Assembly: GCA_965221325.1 (NCBI GenBank)
Contig: OZ244880.1
Reading direction: 5' to 3' (one strand)
Length of the DNA stretch: 64,000 bases
Origin: Candidatus Foliamicus sp.
Lineage (GTDB): Bacteria; Pseudomonadota; Gammaproteobacteria; Steroidobacterales; Foliamicaceae
Position numbers and translations under genes: made by a program. Position 1 is the stretch's first letter. Each line of letters begins with the position of its first letter. Shown here piece by piece: positions 57,846-64,000 of this stretch. The notes under the pieces were generated by a model that was given only the letters and a program-made list of their open reading frames with translations, did not search any database and was not told the DNA's origin.

Positions 57846-59015
57846 ATGAGTGAGCAGTTCAACCGTAACAACGAACCGCAATCCTTGAGTCGTCGCCAAC
57901 TGCTGGCTGCAGGTTCGGCCGGCGCAGCGGCAGTATTGGCAGGCGGGTCGCTTTCGGCGCAAACTGCGGATTCGGGCGCTGGCGGCCAAGCAGTCAGCGT
58001 GGCCGAGGACGGCAACTACGAGCGCGTGCCGCTGCGCAAGGATACGGTGCGTGTGACCGCCGTGCAGTCGATCATGCGCGCGGTGCGCAACACGAACAAC
58101 CCGGGGCCCGAAATGAAGGCCAATCTCGACCACATGATCGACCTGATCGACAAGGCGAACGGCTTTGGGGGACCGCAGGATCTCGTGTGTTTCCATGAGC
58201 AACCCATCATGGGCTGGAATCCATGGACGCGCGAAGAGGCGCTGCGCGTAGCCATCGAGATACCGGGGCCGGAAACCGAGGCGCTAGGCGCCAAGGCGAA
58301 GCAATACGGCTGCTACATTACCTTCGGTACGTACGCGAAAGACGCCGATTGGCCGGGCCACCTGCTTCTCAACGGCGTGCTGATCGGGCCTGACGGCAGC
58401 GTCGTTGCGAACCATTGGAAGACCAACAATATTCGCGGTTTCATTCCCGGCTGGGACATCATCACGACCTCGATTTACGATGTTCTCGACCGTTATCGCG
58501 AGATGTACGGCGAAGAGGAGGTGCTGCAAGTCGCGCGCACCGACATCGGCAATATTTCCTGTGCGATAACCCCGGGCCAGCCGGATGTCATACGCGCGCT
58601 GGCGATGAAAGGGCTGGAACTTCGCTTGAGCTCTTCTTCGGGTGGTTACAGCATCAGCGGCGCCCAGGTGATAGCGCGCCACAATCGGTTGTGGAGCGTG
58701 GTCTGCAATCAGTCCATTTCTCCGGAGCAACCCGGATTTCCCGAATTCTCGGGCTCGGGCGACACTGCCATTTTCGGTCCGGGCGGCGCCATTGAGGCGC
58801 GCGCCCGCTCGGCGCATGAAGAGTTTGTTCGGGTAACCATTCCGATGGCGGCGTTTCGCGGTTCACGTACGCTTCCGCCCGGGGTTCCTATCGAAATGCT
58901 CAGGCCGGTTCACGATCGCTATGTGCCCCGTGATGGCCCGAATTCCCAGGCTTCCTATCAGCCTACGGACGCCGCGGACGCCGCCCGCCATTTCACCAGC
59001 ATACGGAACTGGTAG
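57846..59015 (+). CDS. Carbon-nitrogen hydrolase (nitrilase-superfamily) protein with Tat signal
   Basis: LSRRQLLAAGSAGAAAVLAGGSLSAQ twin-Arg signal. Candidate E-K-C triad contexts: LVCFHEQP, ANHWKTN, DIGNISCAITPGQPDVIRALAMKG. Confidence 0.7.
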   Translation: MSEQFNRNNEPQSLSRRQLLAAGSAGAAAVLAGGSLSAQTADSGAGGQAVSVAEDGNYERVPLRKDTVRVTAVQSIMRAVRNTNNPGPEMKANLDHMIDLIDKANGFGGPQDLVCFHEQPIMGWNPWTREEALRVAIEIPGPETEALGAKAKQYGCYITFGTYAKDADWPGHLLLNGVLIGPDGSVVANHWKTNNIRGFIPGWDIITTSIYDVLDRYREMYGEEEVLQVARTDIGNISCAITPGQPDVIRALAMKGLELRLSSSSGGYSISGAQVIARHNRLWSVVCNQSISPEQPGFPEFSGSGDTAIFGPGGAIEARARSAHEEFVRVTIPMAAFRGSRTLPPGVPIEMLRPVHDRYVPRDGPNSQASYQPTDAADAARHFTSIRNW

Positions 59016-59110
59016 GTACACGACCGCGCCGGCTTCCTTGCCGGCCAACGGTCGGCGAGCAGCCGTAGCCCTCAGCTACTCGGCTGCGTGCCGGGCGGGT
59101 TAGCCGTAGG

Positions 59111-61510
59111 CTATCCTTGGCCGAAACGCGCCTGGAAGGTCACGCCCACCTGCCGCGGATCGGGCAAGGTAAGCGTGAAGCCGATGGCGCCCGTAGCGAA
59201 ACTGCTTGTGAAGCGGCGCGCCGCCAGCACGGCGTCGCTGTCGGTCACATTCTCGACCCATGCGGTAATCGTGTAGCGATCGTTGCGCCAGCCGCCGCGC
59301 AAGTTGCTCATCACCTCGCTTTCGGTGCGGGCCAGGTTATGCACCCAGGCAAAAGTACCGTCCTGGTAGAAGGAGTCCAGGCGCCCGAACCACTCGCCGC
59401 CCCATGCCGCGGGCATGTTGAATGTCAGAGAAAACGACGCCGAGTTTGTGGGGTTGCGGGCCAGTTCGCCGTCCCTTGCGTCGAAAAAGCCGAAGACCTG
59501 CGAAAAGGGAGCGTCCAGGTATTTCTTGATCTTGGTTCGGTTGTAGTTGTAAGCCAACTGCACGCGCCAGCACTCGCTCAACGCATAGGCCGCGCTCAGC
59601 TCGGTGCCGTATATGTCGGTATTTCCCGCTCCCGAGAAATCGATCTGCCGGCCGAGGACATCGTTGTCGTCGAAAACGCCGTCGCCATTGCTGTCCACGT
59701 TGGTCAGGAAGGTCTGAAAGCGCTGGTTTGTCCATTCCATGTAGTAGGCGCCCGCGTTGATGAAGCCGCGGCCGTTAGCGAAGCTATGCTTGACGCCCGC
59801 CTCGTAAACGTCCAGTACGCCCTCGGGAACCGTGGGGCCGACTCCGAAGGTTTCCTCGAAATACTGCGCTGAGGACGGCGCCATGCCCACGATTTCCTGA
59901 TTGAATCCACCGGGGTTGTTGCCCTCCGCATAGCTCAGGAAAAGCATGGTGTCGTCACCGAGTTTGTAGTCCAGAATGACCCGTGGCGTCGTGGAGCTGA
60001 AGGTGCTGTTCAGCGTCACTTCGGCGCCGGTCATTCCCGGTAACGCCTCCTGAACAATCGTTTCCCCGAAATCCAGCTCTTCGTCCGCGCGCCGCACTTC
60101 GATGCTGAGCGTCAACTGCTCGCTGATGTCGAAGTTCAGACTGCCGAACAAGGCCTGGTTGGTTACGGTCGTATCGGGGTCGAGCAATTCGCCGAGGCCG
60201 AAGGCTCCGCCGAAGGCGCCTCTGGCCGAGGCGCCGTGGAAGCGGGGGCCGAAAAACGGACTGCAAAAGAAGCTTGACGTGGACGAGCAGCCGAAACCGG
60301 CGCGGCGCTTGCCGTAGGTGAGGTCGAGATAATAGGCGCCGATCATCCAGCGCAGCCGCCCATCCTGGGGTGAGTTCAGGCGCAGTTCCTGCGAGAAAGA
60401 AGTGTCCTCCCATTCCGCATATACCAGTAGTTCGCCCGGCAACAGTTCGCGCATGTCCTGCGTGTCGTCCTTGAATGTGCCCGTCACCGAATTCAACGTG
60501 TAGTCGCCCAACTCGACACTGACATCCAGGCTGTTGAGGTTCACTGCGCGTTCGAGACCCATGCTGTCCTTGGGCCAGGACGCGCCCGGCGTCGATAGGT
60601 CCACGGAAGTATCCAGCGCCAATCCCGTCAATCCGGCGCGCGTAATGGTGCCGCAGTAATAGTTCCTGGCGGTGATGCCGGGAATCGAGCCCGGCGCAAA
60701 GAATGGGCCGCAGTTGTTCTCGGCGGCTAACTGCAGAAACCGTACGCCCGCTCCATCGTCATCTTCGGTATAAACCGAGCGGAACCTGATCGACACGCTG
60801 TCCGAGGGGGTGGCGTAGAGCGTGAGGCTTACGGCGCGAGTCTCCTGCGCACCGAGCTTGTCGCCACCTGGCCACTCGTTGTCCCAGCCGCCGTCGTAGC
60901 TGTAAACGCGCCCGGACAGCCGGTACGAAAGCCTGCCGTCAACCAGTGGGCCTTCCACGCTGCCCTCCAGGTCCAGGCGGCCGTCCTGCCCGGTCACGAG
61001 CTCTACATCGGCTGCCCACTCGTCGCCAGGTGTCTTGGTGATGTAGTTCACCGCGCCGCCAAACGTGGCGCGGCCGAAGAAGGCGCTTTGCGGACCCTTC
61101 ACTACCTCGACCCTTTCAATGTCGTTCATCGACACCCACTGGCTGGTGCCGCTCAAGTAGATGCCGTCCACGAATGACGACGCCAGTTGCTGATCGCGCA
61201 CCGTATTGCTGTTGTCCATTCCGCGGAATCTGAGCGCCGGGTCGTTGCGGTTGGCTAACACGTTGCTCATATGCAGGCCGGGCGTGAAGTTGGCGATGTC
61301 CTCAATGCCGACGATTCCCTGTGCTTCGATGTCTTCGCTCGTGAAGGCGGAGATGCTCAGCGGAATCTCCTGAATCGATTCGCCAACCTTGCGGGCTGTA
61401 ACCAGGATTTCCTCCATCAGAGGACCCTCGTCCTGGGCGAAGACTGCCGTGGGTGTTGCCAGCCCTGAGGTTACGAGAATAAGGGTTGCGAGAGTTTGTC
61501 TTGTATACAT
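59111..61510 (-). CDS. TonB-dependent outer-membrane receptor
   Basis: Signal peptide, plug domain (EEILVTARKVGESIQEIPLSISAF...VEVVKGPQSAFFGRATFGGAVNYITK), and a ~600-aa beta-barrel rich in alternating aromatic residues. Confidence 0.92.
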   Translation of the reverse strand: MYTRQTLATLILVTSGLATPTAVFAQDEGPLMEEILVTARKVGESIQEIPLSISAFTSEDIEAQGIVGIEDIANFTPGLHMSNVLANRNDPALRFRGMDNSNTVRDQQLASSFVDGIYLSGTSQWVSMNDIERVEVVKGPQSAFFGRATFGGAVNYITKTPGDEWAADVELVTGQDGRLDLEGSVEGPLVDGRLSYRLSGRVYSYDGGWDNEWPGGDKLGAQETRAVSLTLYATPSDSVSIRFRSVYTEDDDGAGVRFLQLAAENNCGPFFAPGSIPGITARNYYCGTITRAGLTGLALDTSVDLSTPGASWPKDSMGLERAVNLNSLDVSVELGDYTLNSVTGTFKDDTQDMRELLPGELLVYAEWEDTSFSQELRLNSPQDGRLRWMIGAYYLDLTYGKRRAGFGCSSTSSFFCSPFFGPRFHGASARGAFGGAFGLGELLDPDTTVTNQALFGSLNFDISEQLTLSIEVRRADEELDFGETIVQEALPGMTGAEVTLNSTFSSTTPRVILDYKLGDDTMLFLSYAEGNNPGGFNQEIVGMAPSSAQYFEETFGVGPTVPEGVLDVYEAGVKHSFANGRGFINAGAYYMEWTNQRFQTFLTNVDSNGDGVFDDNDVLGRQIDFSGAGNTDIYGTELSAAYALSECWRVQLAYNYNRTKIKKYLDAPFSQVFGFFDARDGELARNPTNSASFSLTFNMPAAWGGEWFGRLDSFYQDGTFAWVHNLARTESEVMSNLRGGWRNDRYTITAWVENVTDSDAVLAARRFTSSFATGAIGFTLTLPDPRQVGVTFQARFGQG

Positions 61511-61731
61511 GATGGAGCCCTCCTCTCCAAAACGCCGCCGCGCAGACGCGTCATGCTACAGGATACCGGCGGCGTGGAACAAACGGAATGGCCCTGGGTG
61601 CCGCGAAAAGCAGCTCCGACAGTGCGGGAGACGCATCCTGGCCGTGCTGTTGCCCTGGCCGTTGGACGCTGCTCGAAAACGCGGTGGTATTGTTACGCGG
61701 CGAAGCGTTCCGGCGCGAAAGAGTAGCGAAA

Positions 61732-62673
61732 ATGTTTGACTTCACTAAGCGCAAATGGGTTAGCGGCGCGGGCGTTCTGGGCCTGGCCATGTTTCTTGCG
61801 GCACAGCCGGGTCTGGCGGAATGGGACTATCGGACTGTCGAGGGCTCGGGAGGTGTGCCTCTGAACATGATCACGGCCGGATCCGCACAAGCGCCCGCGA
61901 TCCTTTTCGTGCATGGCTTTGGTCAAAGCCATTACAGCTTCGTTGACCAACTGGAGTCCGATCTTGCCGACGACTACTACCTCGTGGCGTTCGACCTTCG
62001 CGGGCACGGAGCGTCCGGCAAGCCCTGGGCCGTGGAGGCGTACCGCGATTCCACCGTGTGGGCCCAGGATGTTGCTGCCGTTATCGCGGCCAGCGGCATT
62101 GAACGGCCCCTGGTGGTGGCCTGGTCGTACGGCACGATGGTGGCGATGGACTACATCCGCGAATTCGGCGACGACGGTATCGCCGGGATTTTGTTGACCG
62201 GCGGCCAAGGTGCCCTGAGACCTTTCCAGATGCCGGCGGCCGACGATCCGGGCGCCGAGGAGTTCGCGCGCATCCGGGAATTGCAGCAGAGTCCGGCCCT
62301 GATCGACTATATCCGCGCCGGCGAACGCGTGATTCCCTTGCTTACGGCGTCACCCCTGCCGGAGCGGCAGACGCAAGTGTTTCAGGCCATCGGCATGATG
62401 TTGCCGGCTTATGTCCGGCGCGCCATGGCGCAGCGCCGTCTGGACAATCAGGACCTGGTCGGGCAACTCTCTTTGCCGGTGCTGTTCTGCCTGGGGCAGC
62501 AGGATAATCCGTATCAACTCGACGACGCGGCCGAACTTGCCGCTGCTCACGAGAACATGCGCCTTACGGTCTATGAAGGAGCCGGGCACTCGGTGTTTAT
62601 CGAACAGCCTCAGCGTTTCAACGCGGAATTGCGCCGCTTTGCCGAACAAGTTCACGCAGGCGATTCCCACTAG
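61732..62673 (+). CDS. Secreted alpha/beta-fold hydrolase
   Basis: Signal MFDFTKRKWVSGAGVLGLAMFLAAQPGLA; oxyanion FVHGFGQSH; nucleophile elbow VVAWSYGTMV; C-terminal GAGHSVF. Confidence 0.85.
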   Translation: MFDFTKRKWVSGAGVLGLAMFLAAQPGLAEWDYRTVEGSGGVPLNMITAGSAQAPAILFVHGFGQSHYSFVDQLESDLADDYYLVAFDLRGHGASGKPWAVEAYRDSTVWAQDVAAVIAASGIERPLVVAWSYGTMVAMDYIREFGDDGIAGILLTGGQGALRPFQMPAADDPGAEEFARIRELQQSPALIDYIRAGERVIPLLTASPLPERQTQVFQAIGMMLPAYVRRAMAQRRLDNQDLVGQLSLPVLFCLGQQDNPYQLDDAAELAAAHENMRLTVYEGAGHSVFIEQPQRFNAELRRFAEQVHAGDSH

Positions 62674-62724
62674 GCTGCACGCGCACTTCGGGGAGTTGCC
62701 GTGACGGATTGGGGCAGCCGCTAA

Positions 62725-63519
62725 GTGACCAAGCCTTGGCACAAAATAGCCGAGGCAATCGATTTGCCATTGGGGACTGCGATTTGGGTGCTGGGCGCCC
62801 ACGTGCTCACGCTACTGGCCCCCATTATCTTGCTGTGGTCGGTTATGCACTATGAGCAAGATCTTGAGCAGATCATGTATGCCCCTCAATGGCTATATGG
62901 CAGTGTAATTTGCATGATGATTGCCAGTGCCTTCGAAGCTGCCGATAACAGTTTTGATCGTTGGTATCTCACCGGCCTTCCGCCGTCCCAGTGCGACTTC
63001 ATGTTCGGTGTTGGCATATGCCTGTCCATGGCCTTTACGATTTTGGCTTGCGTTGGTCAATTTATTTCGGTGGTGGTATCAGGTTTTGTCCTGGTAGCTG
63101 TCTTTGCATACTTGTATCTGATTGATGGCCCCAAAGAAGCGCCGCGAACGATTCTTGGCTTGGGTTCAACCATTGCGCTCTATTGGGTGACGGGCGACCC
63201 GATAGTCTTTCTCGCTTTCGTGGCAACCTTTTTGACCATCAATTTCTTTTCCATTCTCTGCGCGACTTTGTGCCAGGCAATGCATGGTTTTACTACCATC
63301 GTTAATGCCTTTGGCATGTTATGTATCCCTTGGGCTTTCTATAACGTCTCGTCAGGGCGCTCGACCAGCGAGATGTTTGTTATTGCTGTGGCTACGTCAA
63401 TTGTGGGCGTGGCGATATTGGTTAAACCAAGGTTGATGCGGCTGAAGGCGACGCCCAGAAAAGAGCCTGCCAACAGGGTGATTCAGCATTCAACAGAAAT
63501 CTCCAATAGTTCCCGATAG
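62725..63519 (+). CDS. Hypothetical polytopic membrane protein
   Basis: GTG start. About 7 hydrophobic segments. AT-richer DNA (48% in the sampled line at 62881). No recognisable family. Confidence 0.55.
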   Translation: MTKPWHKIAEAIDLPLGTAIWVLGAHVLTLLAPIILLWSVMHYEQDLEQIMYAPQWLYGSVICMMIASAFEAADNSFDRWYLTGLPPSQCDFMFGVGICLSMAFTILACVGQFISVVVSGFVLVAVFAYLYLIDGPKEAPRTILGLGSTIALYWVTGDPIVFLAFVATFLTINFFSILCATLCQAMHGFTTIVNAFGMLCIPWAFYNVSSGRSTSEMFVIAVATSIVGVAILVKPRLMRLKATPRKEPANRVIQHSTEISNSSR

Positions 63520-63523
63520 TTCT

Positions 63524-64000
63524 TCATGGCAAAGCAAAGGCGGTAACCCAATCCCCCGGGTCCTGATCAACAAATGGATGCCCACCAGAAACAATAACCA
63601 CGTATTGCTTTCCATTAATCGCATAGGTCATTGGGTGAGCGAAGCTGCTGGTCGGTAATTTTGTTTTCCAGATTTCTTCGCCGTTTTCGACATCAAAGGC
63701 CCGGAATCGGTTGTCCGCCGTGGCACCAATAAACACGACGCCACCGGCAGTCACTATGCCTCCGGAAAAACTGGGAGCGCCCCACTTTAATGGAATGGGA
63801 ATAGGGGAAACTTTATCGATTGTGCCGAGAGGGACATCCCATTTGATCGTGCCTTTTTCCAGATCGACCGCCACCAGTTTTGCCCAGGGAGGAGGGTTGC
63901 AGGGAGTAAAGCGGGGTGACATTACAGGCCCCTGTTTTAGGTGGTAAGGCGTACCCAATAGTGGCTGGGCGCCGGCCATGGGATTGCCATCGGCTTCCTG
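63524..64000 (-). CDS. PQQ-dependent dehydrogenase (beta-propeller quinoprotein), C-terminal part; gene runs off the right edge
   Basis: Propeller-blade motifs NRFRAFDVENGEEIWKTKLP and AHPMTYAINGKQYVVIVSGG. The frame is open to the window end. Confidence 0.75.
   Translation of the reverse strand, partial: QEADGNPMAGAQPLLGTPYHLKQGPVMSPRFTPCNPPPWAKLVAVDLEKGTIKWDVPLGTIDKVSPIPIPLKWGAPSFSGGIVTAGGVVFIGATADNRFRAFDVENGEEIWKTKLPTSSFAHPMTYAINGKQYVVIVSGGHPFVDQDPGDWVTAFALP

Noticed and set aside
61511-61731. Possible riboswitch (for example cobalamin) in the 221-nt leader between the TonB-dependent receptor and the divergent hydrolase.
   Set aside because: The receptor-strand leader has CCCGCACTGTCGG, faintly like the cobalamin core, but I found no B12 box or the other conserved blocks. 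It needs an Rfam/cmscan run and cannot be supported by eye.

Overview
GC-rich proteobacterial chromosome segment. Hand-counted 60-nt lines in core genes give about 62-63% G+C, and the gene order resembles Gammaproteobacteria. Core content, left to right: a truncated TRAP small permease, trkH-trkA, uvrD, a SURF1/SCO-like/DUF2909-like block, comM, ubiK, hemX-hemY, a complete atpIBEFHAGDC operon, an amidase between atpC and glmU-glmS, xthA, an FAH-family gene, the imuA-imuB-dnaE2 mutagenesis cassette, an SDR and gor. An ~8-kb compositionally mosaic island follows (32.3-40.3 kb). After it come aroE, a small secreted Cys/acidic peptide, tag, tsaC, topA, dprA, def-fmt-rsmB, a DUF4390-like gene, a desulfhydrase-family/TauE pair, a SPOR protein, argS and a TlpA-like redoxin. 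Next is an envelope cluster: two DUF1838-like paralogs, a Tat-signal CN-hydrolase, a TonB-dependent receptor and an alpha/beta hydrolase. A second AT-richer segment starts near 62.7 kb. I saw no rRNA, tRNA or CRISPR array. The best candidates for something undescribed are in the island. It holds three ORFs of roughly 300-480 aa that I cannot assign to a named family, and a methyltransferase fused to an Mrr-like nuclease domain preceded by two small coupled ORFs. It also holds decayed mobility and toxin-antitoxin genes. Secondary leads are an EGxCG-repeat secreted peptide resembling MNIO-modified RiPP precursors, and the exported DUF1838/CN-hydrolase/TonB cluster. All family calls come from motif recognition by eye. 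No database search was run.
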